From NCBI GenBank assembly GCA_036867785.1, contig CP145409.1, positions 496,001 to 560,000 of the forward strand: a DNA stretch of 64,000 nt, given 5' to 3'. The DNA is from Plasmodiophora brassicae (Eukaryota). The notes beneath the pieces were generated by a model. That model saw nothing but the letters and a program-made list of their open reading frames with translations. It ran no database searches and was not told the origin of the DNA. Positions 39,662 to 49,851 of the stretch are shown here, in pieces (positions within the stretch are counted from its first letter, which is position 1; each line of letters begins with the position of its first letter). The position numbers and the translations under genes were made by a program.

Positions 39662-40610
39662 GGGTCCGGTTCTCGACAAGCTGACCCATGCCAGCAAGTG
39701 TCGCAGGAAACAGAACTGAGGAACCTCTTCGTCTCGGAAGAACGACTGGGTTGGTATCCCGGCTTGCCCTTGATGGTTACCGCCAGCTGCTTGACGACGC
39801 CTTCATCAACAACTGTCAGCTGTTCGTCGAAATCGCCGACTCTTCACTTGACGGTTTCATCCGATCGAAGGAACAGCCGAACCGAAAACAGAATCCTCGT
39901 CCATAGACGAATGTCTTTGATCCTGCCTGTGCCCATCAAAACGCTCCTAAGGTCCATGAATTCCTTTCGGGACACCATCGAGTCGCCGTGGGGGACGTAT
40001 CCACGCAGGATGACCTTGCTCAACCCGGCGAATGCGTCCATAACGTCCTGACTGAATCTCACGTTTCCGTACTGGTTCAACAACAGGCTGTCCAGCACGA
40101 TGGCGGCAGGCGGCAGCCGCTGACCGACCCCCTCGTTTCGTACAGATCGACACATTGGTGCATAAGAAACGCCGTCCATGCCCGCGGCCTTGTGCGCGTT
40201 CGAAACGGCGACGAGAAACTGGACAAGCGTGCCCGGATTCTTCCACTGCCCGTCGCATATGACCGCGTTACCGTCAACGTCGACAGCTGGGGTGCCATTA
40301 ACGTCAAGCAGTGCAGATCCCTTCTTCGCCGGTCTTCCAGTCCATGTAGCGTACAATCGTACGAGCTAACATGGACGGGGCGTACTTGGGTATGCGGTCA
40401 CCGAGCAGAATCAGCGACTTGTAGTCGCCGATCAGGGCACAGAAGTACTTGAGACCGCGATAATGAACATAGTAGGACGCTTCTGACCTCTCGGCAAGCA
40501 CCCTGTTACCAAAGACCTTTCTTCGGTCTTCCTCGTTGACCTGCAGCTCGAGCTTCTCGATCTCTTCAGCAACGCGTCGCGCAACCAGATCTTCTTGAGC
40601 AGCCGTGAGC
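39662..40610 (-). mobile_element. Degenerate tyrosine-recombinase gene, Crypton-like DNA transposon relic
   Basis: Frameshifted ORFs containing ILFSVRLFLRSDE (box I Arg), an in-frame TGA, LAVTIKGK (catalytic Lys region) and DEEVPQFCFLRHLLAW; truncated before the HxxR/Y boxes. Confidence 0.6.
40042..40477 (-). repeat. Right arm of ~430-bp inverted repeat
   Basis: Reverse-complement match to 39232-39661. Confidence 0.95.
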
Positions 40611-41425
40611 GTAAAAGCTACAATAAGGCGCTCTGAGACGCTGCTACGTTTCAAACGAGCGACGCGGAAGCATACCAGAAACCAGGCGTGGGCGGTTGCG
40701 CCTCGGACGCTGAGCACGATGCCGAGCCATCACCTCGAAGTTGACAGGGTTGTCCGCCTCGCAGTCCGTACGGGGGAGCCGTGCTCGCAATTTCATCAGG
40801 TGGATGCAGCTGTTTTTGCCGTAGAAGTTGGTTCTTAAAAAAGATTCGGGACACGAACGGCAACTGCCGCCTGACACGCTCGCATTGCCGAGCCTCGCAG
40901 GCGACAGTAGGTCGTGAATCGAGGCCCCGGCTCTGGAGGCCCAAGATGACTGTACCAAATGCTGACGACGCATCCTCAAGAACTGGTGACGGCGCCAGGA
41001 ACGCGTTCGTCAGGACTAACATGTCCTCCGGTTTTGTGGGCCGCGATACATGGCGATGGTTCGGCCGGGCCCTCATACTGATGCCGAACAGGCTCTTCGC
41101 GACGCGAACACCCGAAGGAGGCGTTCCTAGTCGGGCGGAGCATCATGAAACGTACTCGTCAGCACCGGGTCACCGCAAGGTCGTATCCGGTTTGGACGCT
41201 ACGTACCGTTGTGAAGTGGGGTCTCACGGGCTAACGCTCGCCAGTCCGAGTCGTCGGTCGCTGGGAACGTTGTCGTCGGCACGGTGTTGGCATTTAGTTG
41301 GTCTTGTCGTTCTCCCAAACGACGGGATGATGCGTAGAACTCGTTATTATGTATTTAACGTGCTTATCGGGGTCGCGATGACCACACTTTCTGTGTCGCG
41401 ATAGTAGGTTGACAGCAGGCTATCC

Positions 41426-42373
41426 ATGCCGCCGGGACATAACAGTCAACAGCGGGGCCCATGCCTGATGTTACGTTGCAAGTGGGTTGCTACGTGGACG
41501 ACAAATGGCTGTGGGCACCGACGATGTCGTCGACAGTAACCCCACATCCGCTCGTTATGTATTGGTTTGTCGGGCACTGTCGGCGCTGCTCGCAATGCGA
41601 AGGTACAAGGCGGCCTGGAGTGCACAGAGCTAGAACGTTGCCATGCGACCTCTAACGATATGTAGAGGCGACGACACCACGGGACAGGCGGGGAAGCTGG
41701 TGACGCAGGCGGTTCGGGACATGAACGAACACAGCGCGGCGCTGGCGAACCGGCTGGAAGGCATCGCCGCCAACGAGGCCGAACTGAACCAGTTGCGACG
41801 TGAACGCACGCAAGCCGAGGCCATGGTACGCGATCTGAAGCAACAGTTCGAGGACGAGCGTCGTAATTCTCAGGAGAGACTCGCCGGCATGTCCCGCGAC
41901 TGGGAGCGGACCCAGAAACGCAACCAGGAACTCGAGTCCGTTGTTGCCCTTGCCAAAGCAAAGCTCGCTCGTTCCGATAAGCTCCACGAGGATATCACCG
42001 TTGAACGCGACAAGTCGAGGAAGCTCGTGGAACTCGTCAAGCAGCTTGAGAAGCAACGTTCGTCGTTGGTCAGCGTATGGCCGCTCAAGGAACACGCCGA
42101 AGACGGTCGTCTCATTGATGTCTTCAGGCCCAGATGAAATGGGAGGAGGAGCGCGAAGACCTAATGCAAACGGTCCGGCAGGCGGGCGAGCAGTGCGCCT
42201 CGTTGCGAGACCAAGTGTCAATGATGTCGACCCATGTGGCGGCAATGGAGAGCGAGGCGACCAGGTCACGCTCCCGGATCAGGGAGCTCGAGGACGCGTT
42301 AAGGGCTCGATCATCGGCAAAGCCTCCCGCGACAAAGCATAAGCGGCGTGGCGGTGCCCGCCGGCCCACATGA
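41426..42373 (+). CDS. Hypothetical coiled-coil protein, multi-exon (start approximate)
   Basis: E/R/Q/L-rich heptads in ORFs 41643-42137 and 42134-42373, joinable by a short intron. Confidence 0.65.
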
Positions 42374-42483
42374 GGCCCTCGGACGGTTGTTCTGGACGGA
42401 ACGGTGCCGCCGGCCCACGAATAGTTCGGCCGAAGCCGAGCACCTCGTCGCGTCCCGCGTCCCGATCCCTTCATTGTATAAAC

Positions 42484-42852
42484 ATGCCGTCCAAGGTCTG
42501 CATCGCGTTCGCTGTACTGCTGGCCATCGTCAGCACGGGACAGGCGTGGTCGCCATACTGGGGCGGCGCCGCAGCGACCGTACCGTTCTATGGCGGGTAC
42601 GGGGCACCCTTTGCCCCCACCGGTGCCGGCGTCTACCCGTACGGCGGCATGGCCGCGTACCCGTCGAACGCCTACATGTCAGGCTATGCGTCCCCGTTCG
42701 GGTACGGGTACCAGTCGTCGTTCGGGACCGGCTTCGACGCCCAATCGTCGACCAGCTTCTCATCCAACTACTTCGGCGGCGGCGGCCTCGCGTTGTCGAA
42801 CAACTTCGCCGGCGGCGGATACTATGGGGCGCCCTACGGCTACATGTACTGA
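42484..42852 (+). CDS. Small secreted Gly/Tyr-rich structural protein (122 aa)
   Basis: Signal peptide MPSKVCIAFAVLLAIVSTGQA, then an almost uncharged G/Y/A/S/F/P-rich body (YGGYGAP, YPYGG, GGGYYGAPYGYMY). Confidence 0.82.
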   Translation: MPSKVCIAFAVLLAIVSTGQAWSPYWGGAAATVPFYGGYGAPFAPTGAGVYPYGGMAAYPSNAYMSGYASPFGYGYQSSFGTGFDAQSSTSFSSNYFGGGGLALSNNFAGGGYYGAPYGYMY

Positions 42853-42983
42853 AGCGTGGCCAGCCCGCCCATCAGCTGTGTGATCAACTTCCAAATGTGT
42901 ACTCCAACTGTGAAATAAAAGCGACGCGAGACGGGATCCGCTCGACCCAGGGGACCTGTGTGCGTATCGGTGGGAGACAGCGG

Positions 42984-45174
42984 CTACAGCGTGTCGTCGT
43001 ACACGCCGGGCCAGTTGTCGGCGAGCGTACACGATCCGTCACTGGCGCACGCCTCCAAGCAATGGTCGATGGTGACGAACTCGTAATCTCGTTCGCGGAA
43101 GTACTGGGCGTACCTGTACGTGCAGGCCATCAGTACTGGTTCGACGCGGTGACGACATCCAGACGTACATATCGAGAATCCCCCGGGTTCCTGCGCGCGT
43201 GTAATGCGCGTCGTGATGCAGAAGGATCGCGGATGACCCGGCAGGGATCGTGGAGTCGAACGATTCGATCGTCCGGTTGAACACGGTGGCAGCGTCACCT
43301 CCGCTCCAATCCAGGGAATCGACATTCCACCTGTCATGCGTTCAGGCGCGTGCAAGCAGAACCGTCCGCACACGACGCGTACGTGACGACGGTATAGTCG
43401 AGCGTGTTGAGGAAATCGGTTCTGGCGCGGTCCAGTTCGCCGAACGGCGGTCGGAAAAGCCACTGGCCCGGGAATGGGAGCCCACCGCATTGCTCGTACC
43501 AGGACTCCCATTGCGATATCTCGTCCTTGATAGCGTCCGGAGACATGCTCAGGAAGCTTCGGTGTGTGAACGAGTCTGTGATGACGCCCCGGGTCAGTTG
43601 GAGGTTCGCCGAGGAACGCAAGGGGGACGTCGTACGGCAGTGGACTGCATGGCCATCACGAAGCATCTCTTGAAGCAGACGGCATTGCTGCTTGTCGAGC
43701 GCGCGTCCTGCCGCCGCCGGTGCCAGAAAGAACGAAGCCCGAATGTTCAGTTGGCGGAGATCCTTCAGCAGGATGCTCGTGGTGACCGGATTCGTTACTG
43801 GAGGAACAATTACCATCGTACAGATTGTGACGACCCGTACGACCCTGTATACCTGGCCCATCGTCGAACTAGGCGTGCACACGTCAGTAACGATGATTGA
43901 GCACCGACTTTGGCTGCTGCTCAGCGTACCGTAAGAACAATCTGCTTCCGGCGACCACACCAGTTGAACGCTCGGACTGGTGCACTCGGATGGGTCCGAC
44001 TGCCCTGCACGAGGTCCCACATCATGAGGCATCGCATACGCGTTGGAATGCGCAGGAGGACGTACCGTCGACGAGGTTTCCTCATGGGGGCACAACGACT
44101 TGTCGTTGCAATGGTCGGATGTGACACCACACCACCCATGCTGTTTGTTGTGCACGTATGACCGTTACCGACTGTGGCACTGCGATCAGATAGCACAGGG
44201 CGCGTACCTGTGAGCAGCACAATGGGACTTTGCATCGTGCACCGCCGAACAATGGTCCACATCGGCCATCGGGACGGGGGTCCGCCGGGCACGTTGCCGA
44301 TTCGGTTTCGCCCAGAACGGGAAGATCGCAGGGCGACAGCGCGTTGCAATGGCTGGGCGTGTCTCCACACCATCCGTTCTACGTACACGTCGGATGTCAG
44401 CGGCCGTGACGAGACACCGGCATCGGGCACGCTTACGACGGAACAGCAGAGACCCGCAGCGCAGGACGCGTACCCGAAACCGGGGCCACATCGCCCATCC
44501 TGTCGAGCGGGGCCCGGGCACTTCACTGCGGGTAGACTGTCATCCTGAGATGGTTCTGGTCGGGGAGGAGACGTCGTTGTTCGCGGCCGCTCCGTCAACG
44601 GTCGATCATGGTCGCGTTGCCCGCCACGTCCAGTAGAAGCGGAGGGTGCCGTCTCGTTTGTGTTCTCAGCCAGATCGATGGAGACATTGTCGGGAGAGCT
44701 GGGACCCGTCGCGTTCCTGTTTCGCGGCATCATCGTTGTTCGTGCTACGTGGGACGCGTTAACGTCGACCCGGCCACTGCTAGGAGCCTCCTCCGCGTGA
44801 CGAGACAGGGCGGCGACGAATTGCGAGAGGCGATCCAGCCCTGTCAGGATCATTCGAGCCAGCGGCTCGGAGCGCCGGAACAGGGCGCTCGGGAGAACCC
44901 GGGGGCACAGCTGGTTCGAGTTGCAATATCGCGACGAGGAGCCACAGAACCCGTTCTGCCCACAAGCGGAATCAGATTCAGGTTGCCAGCGTTGCGAGTG
45001 GCAGTGCTGGACCGATGAGCAGCACTGGCCGACCAGGCACGACGCGTTGTGGAACGTGGACCCGCAGCGCCCATCTGACCTTGGCGGCATCGTGCACACG
45101 CTGCCATTGCTCGCCGCCGCGACACTGAGCACGACCAGGCCCGCCATTAACGTCGCGCCAACGACCGCCCGCAT
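42984..45174 (-). CDS. Secreted chitin deacetylase (CE4/NodB) with three hevein-type CBM18 domains, multi-exon
   Basis: Signal peptide; three DGRCG...C...CCS..G(W/F)CG....C modules; spliced CE4 motifs LTFDDGP, HSFTH, FRPPFG, ILLHHD. Confidence 0.9.
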
Positions 45175-45329
45175 CGTTTCGACCAATGAACGGGTCAGAC
45201 GCGCTGGGGTCTCCTTCCTGGCCCGTGTTCGCCTCCCGTCAGTGCCACTCGTCCCTGATAAATATCTCAGCCGCGTTACACGACAGTCAATGACGACGAC
45301 GACGACGAGCAACAATGCGACGGATTGGT

Positions 45330-47570
45330 TTATAACGTCGGGTTGCCGGAGCCGGAGCCGGTCCCTGTTCCACTTCTGGGCCCGGTGCTCGGCGCTGGAC
45401 TCGTTACGGGAGCGTACGTCGGCCTCGTGGACGCCGCCGCCGTCGCCGGCGCCGACGTCGTATTCGCGACAGTAGCAGGCGCTGACGTCGCCTGCGATGT
45501 GGGCACGCCTGGCGCTGTCGTCTGGGCCGCGCTGGCACCAGCACCCCCGCTCTGCATCGCCTGCATGGCGCCACTTTGCATCATTTGCACGCCACCGCTC
45601 GGCATGGCGAACGCGCCAGATCCGCTTCCGCCCATCGTCATTCCAGCGTTGATGGCGGCGCCGGCGACCGGGACGGCGAGCAGGGCGGCGGGTGCGGCTG
45701 CGGCCGCCTGCACCTCGACGCTGACGGGGCGGCTGAGCGCTTGGCGCTGCAGGGCCTGCTGCCCAAGCAGGCGCTGCCGGTCCTGCCTCTGCTTCTGCTG
45801 CAGCGCCTGCAGCTGGGTGGCCTGCTCCTGCTGCAGACGTCGTTGCTGGTCGGGCGTGATCCGCATCTCCATCTCGAGCGGCTCCGGCGCCTGCTGGACG
45901 ACCGCCGGCATGGTGGCCCCCATCATCATCGGCATCGTCACCGGCGCCGCTGCCATAACGGGGACCGCAGCCGCCACAGCAGGACCGACCGCAACAGGCA
46001 CCGGTGCAGGACCCGACGACGGCGACAGACCTGCCACTGCTTGCGACAGCGACGCCCGCACCGCCTGTTGCTCCATTGGCGACATGGTCGGAGGCGCCGT
46101 TGCTGTCGGCAACGCGGCCTGTGGCACGCTGCGTTCCCTCATCATCGTGACAATCTGGATCTGCTTGACCGTCGGTTTGGCCGTCGTCGGCGCTGGCGTC
46201 GGCACCGACACGTTCGCTGCCGCTCTAGGGGCCAGCGACGAACCGGTCGCGTTCGTAGACGACGAAGGAGGAGCCGGCGACGTCGAGGTTTGGGCGCCAC
46301 TCGACGCGCTGGTCTGCGCGATGGGGATCACAGACCGTTGCCCGCCGTCTGCCTCGTCGCGGTCGTCGCCGCCGTCCAGATCGCCTTGCTGATGACGCTG
46401 CGTTTGCCGCTGCATGGGTTGAATGACGACAACGGGGACCTCCAGCTCGAACTTGACCTTCATCTTCTCGGCCGCCACCACCTTGCCGAACAGGGCCGCC
46501 GACGTCTCGACGCCCGACGCGTGGTACCGCTGCCCGCGCGCCTTGAACCGGGACGACGACGCCATTGGGCCGGTACCGCGAAGGTCGAACTCGTACGTGC
46601 AGCCTTCGTTGGCGCCCAGGGCGGCGAGCGGCTTCATGACGACTTCGTCGAGGATGCCCGTCGTGTTCAGCGGGACGTTGTGCAGGGCGGCGTACATGTC
46701 CAGGTTGGACTTGGCGATGTGTTCGGCGCCGGCCCCGATCGCCTTGTCGAAGACGCAGGCCTCGACGCTGGCGCCGAACGCCTTGTCGGTCTGCATGCGC
46801 CGCTCGTCCTGCCCGCACAGGCACTGGTGCACCACCCGACGCATGACCTTCTCGGATTCGAACGCCACCGACCCGCTCGGCACCAGCGTGTCGTTCGGCG
46901 CGTTGAAGTCGGGGATGAACACGTTCGGCAACGTCGCGTTGTCCGACCCGACGCGGCACAGGTTCGACGACGTGACGACGCTCGTCGTGTGATACCGCTG
47001 CGCGAGGACGCCGGGGGCCGGTGGCAGCGTCCCCGACTGGTTGGAGCAGGACCCGCACATGCCCGAGCACTGTGTCAGGGCGGGCGCCGACACGCCGAAC
47101 AGGAACTTGCCGAGGACGAGCGTCACGTCGCCCGACGACGACGACACCTTGATCGAGATGGCGTTGTCGCGGTCGACTCGCAGGCGCACGCCCTCGTCGC
47201 CGTGGTTGTCGTTGAACGCCTGGATGGCGTCCTTGTCTAGCAGGGCGCCGTTCACGTTGAGCCCATCGGCGTCCAGGTCGGTCTGGACGACGAGGTCGCA
47301 CGATCCACGCGTGATCCTGACACGGCACCAGTCGATGGACGCCACCTGGATACTGGTCGCGTTGTTGGGGAACACGGCCGACGTGGCGCATTCGGCGTGG
47401 ATCTCATTGGATATGAACATCTGGTACAGGCCCTCGCCCTGCCAGTCGTACCGCGTCTGCCCGTCGCACATCACGATATGGTTGTCGCCCGACATGGTGC
47501 ACTGGCACGCGGACTGGACGGTCGTACCCGCCAGCACGACGCATATGAACTGATATAGTCGGGCCTGCAT
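45330..47570 (-). CDS. Secreted von Willebrand factor type D domain protein with mucin-like A/T/P/Q/M-rich tail, intronless
   Basis: Signal peptide, CTMSGDNHIVMCDGQTRYDWQGEGLY (VWD start), GMCGSC, C8-like ACVFD, then a long low-complexity tail. Confidence 0.78.
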   Translation of the reverse strand: MQARLYQFICVVLAGTTVQSACQCTMSGDNHIVMCDGQTRYDWQGEGLYQMFISNEIHAECATSAVFPNNATSIQVASIDWCRVRITRGSCDLVVQTDLDADGLNVNGALLDKDAIQAFNDNHGDEGVRLRVDRDNAISIKVSSSSGDVTLVLGKFLFGVSAPALTQCSGMCGSCSNQSGTLPPAPGVLAQRYHTTSVVTSSNLCRVGSDNATLPNVFIPDFNAPNDTLVPSGSVAFESEKVMRRVVHQCLCGQDERRMQTDKAFGASVEACVFDKAIGAGAEHIAKSNLDMYAALHNVPLNTTGILDEVVMKPLAALGANEGCTYEFDLRGTGPMASSSRFKARGQRYHASGVETSAALFGKVVAAEKMKVKFELEVPVVVIQPMQRQTQRHQQGDLDGGDDRDEADGGQRSVIPIAQTSASSGAQTSTSPAPPSSSTNATGSSLAPRAAANVSVPTPAPTTAKPTVKQIQIVTMMRERSVPQAALPTATAPPTMSPMEQQAVRASLSQAVAGLSPSSGPAPVPVAVGPAVAAAVPVMAAAPVTMPMMMGATMPAVVQQAPEPLEMEMRITPDQQRRLQQEQATQLQALQQKQRQDRQRLLGQQALQRQALSRPVSVEVQAAAAAPAALLAVPVAGAAINAGMTMGGSGSGAFAMPSGGVQMMQSGAMQAMQSGGAGASAAQTTAPGVPTSQATSAPATVANTTSAPATAAASTRPTYAPVTSPAPSTGPRSGTGTGSGSGNPTL

Positions 47571-47899
47571 TGGTATTGGGATGTGAAGTGCAGTCGACGA
47601 CACGCACCGTCGCTGTCGATAATCGAGGGAAACTTATACAGTGGACGTGCCCTGTTCACGCTGCACGCCGTTGACTCATCGCTGATGTCAACGTAAGGGT
47701 CACGGGTGCGGACGGAGGCGCCCATTACCTGCGTGCCGACCCGCCCTGTGACTGTGTGACGCGCCACAGCCACAGGTCGCACCCCGCCCAGGGCGGTCCC
47801 CGGGGTTCCACTAGAGCACCTCGCCCAGCACGAGAGATAAATGCACGCGAGAATGCCTTTACTGTCAAGGACGGAGTCGTTTGCGCAACGGGGCCGGTC

Positions 47900-48750
47900 T
47901 CATTGCACGGTGCCGCCGGTGGCGGCCGCCAGGCGTGCCGCCCGGCACTGGACGCAACGGTACTTGTTCTTCACGTGGACACAGATGGCGATCCCGCCAC
48001 ACTCCTTGCAGAACGCGCGCTTGCGGTCGTGCTGGCAGTAGGCGGACGGGTTGCACACCCGGCACGTATGCCGTTGGCGGCCGTGGACGCAGATCGACGA
48101 CCCGCCGCAGTCCTTGCACTTGGATTTCTGCTTCCCGTGGTGACAGATCGACGACCCGCCACAATCCCGGCACCCGGCCCGTTGCCTGCAAGGACGTCGT
48201 CAGCGCTGCTGAGTGCCATCAGGCGACGAGCGCCGGACGCCGCCGACCTGCCGTGTACGCAGATCGACATGCCGCCGCAGTCGCGGCACTGCGTCTTGAC
48301 GGGGCGGCACTCCGGACAGGCCGTGCACGGCACGCCGTGCGCGCAGGTCGCCGACGCGCACCTCTTGCACGAGTGCCTGCGCTTGCCGTGCTCGCAGATG
48401 CCCCGCCCCGGGCACTCCTTGCAGAAGTACGGGCGCCGCCCGTGCTGGCACATGGGCCTCCGCGCCTGCTGCTGCTGGTCCTGGTCCTGCGGGTCGGCGT
48501 CCGCCGGCGACCGGAACGCGGTGCTGGTGGTGGTGGTGCCCGACGCTGACAACGATGCGATCACGCGTGCGACATCGCCTGGGGATATCCGGGACGATGG
48601 CGGGCTGTCGTGCGCGCCGTCGTCGTCGGCAGACGAGGCAGACAGGCGGCGCTTGCCGAGCTGCGTGGGGATGAACGCGGAGCCGGGCGCCGTCCCGATC
48701 TGCGGGCCGCTCTCGCCGTCGTCGCGATTGCCGCCCGCGATGTCGTCCAT
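47900..48750 (-). CDS. Tandem Cys/His zinc-binding repeat protein (CxH...CxxC repeats), one intron
   Basis: Repeats such as CEHGKRRHSCKRC, CVHGRQRAGCRDCGGSSI, CHHGKQKSKCKDCGGSSI, CQHDRKRAFCKECGG after removing an intron at about 48192-48253. Confidence 0.8.
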
Positions 48751-49114
48751 TCGGGCCGGATGTGGTGTGTCGACCGCTGGCGTTGGGACTACTGTGACAG
48801 CAGTGGTGACGAAACCTTATCTCATTCGACCCGTACCCGGACGACTAGCGTTTTATTTACTAGTCAACGCGCGAGGGACCTAGTGAGGCAGTCACAGGTG
48901 TTATGATGGGGCATAGGGAATTGGGCCCCAAATAGGGGCCCCAAATCTGCCTACGGTCCACGCTCACGTCACAACGGGCAGCAGAGGCAGCGCTGTTGAC
49001 TCATATCAACGTGTCTCCATAACGAGTTGACTCAAGCGGCCCAGTAGCAAGCCAGCGTTGGCCCAATGACAATCCAGACCTTAATCGAATCGTTGCCTGC
49101 GACCACCTCTACCT

Positions 49115-49306
49115 ATGAAAGCTGTCTTCGTCGTCGCTGTACTGATGGCCGTGCTGATGGCCGCCGCCACCGCCGCCGCTCAGGGCAACTACAATGGCGT
49201 GGACAATTACGAGGCGCCAGCGCCGTCCACAAAGGGCAACGGTGTCGAGCAGATCGCCCTGGTCACGCCCGCCCTGCTGGCTGTCATTGCCGCCATCTTC
49301 GCATAG
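49115..49306 (+). CDS. 63-aa signal-peptide + GPI-signal micro-protein
   Basis: MKAVFVVAVLMAVLMAAATAAA / QGNYNGVDNYEAPAPSTKGNG / VEQIALVTPALLAVIAAIFA; termini resemble those of 52106-52447. Confidence 0.75.
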   Translation: MKAVFVVAVLMAVLMAAATAAAQGNYNGVDNYEAPAPSTKGNGVEQIALVTPALLAVIAAIFA

Positions 49307-49615
49307 TTCGCCAATACACGTGACCTACCGACAAACTGCCCCGCCCGTCATGTACGAAGATAGGCGCGTCTGCCGTCCGCTCCTCTTCGTGGACCTCACC
49401 ACATGGTCACTTGGCTTCCTCGGACGGCGGGAAACCCACTGTAACCACAGGGAATCCGAAGTCAACTCGATCGAGTGATGTCCGAAGCCACAGGTGACTT
49501 ACCTACCTGTACGGAATGCCAACTTGCGTGAGAGCCCGGCCAGCGGACGGAGGTCGGAGTTCCAGCCGGGGTGCCGGAGTTTTCCCGCTCGCAAACTGCA
49601 GCCAGAACACACCCA

Positions 49616-49778
49616 GTGGCGCGCGCCGCGCGCCGCCACGGAGGGGAAGTGCGTGGCGCACTGTCAGGCGACAGGGATACGCCCCGTGGCGCACTGTCAG
49701 GCGGCAGGGACACGCCACGTGGCGCGCGCCGCCACGGCCGGGAAGTGCGTGGCGCACTGTCCGTGTCAGGCGGCGGGA
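49616..49778 (+). repeat. Composite GC-rich minisatellite (A-B-B-A-B', 30-37-bp units)
   Basis: GTGGCGC recurs at 49616, 49653, 49686, 49719 and 49749; B unit gtggcgcactgtcaggcgRcagggaYacgcc. Confidence 0.9.
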
Positions 49779-49851
49779 AATCGTCGGCAGCGCCATTGCA
49801 GACAGATTTCGAGACACTGAAGACAGAGGCGGGTATCGAACCATCTGAACA

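Noticed and set aside
39232-40477. Inverted repeat as terminal inverted repeats of a cut-and-paste transposon
   Set aside because: The arms are internal coding sequence of the recombinase-like gene, with no target-site duplication or DDE transposase seen.
45325-47391. Long overlapping ORFs (355, 554 and 388 aa) over the VWD gene
   Set aside because: Expected from high GC3 codon bias; translations are Arg/Gly-rich with no domain signal.
49616-49778. Regularly spaced repeats as a CRISPR-like array
   Set aside because: The intervening sequences are themselves repeated, there are no unique spacers or cas genes, and the context is eukaryotic.
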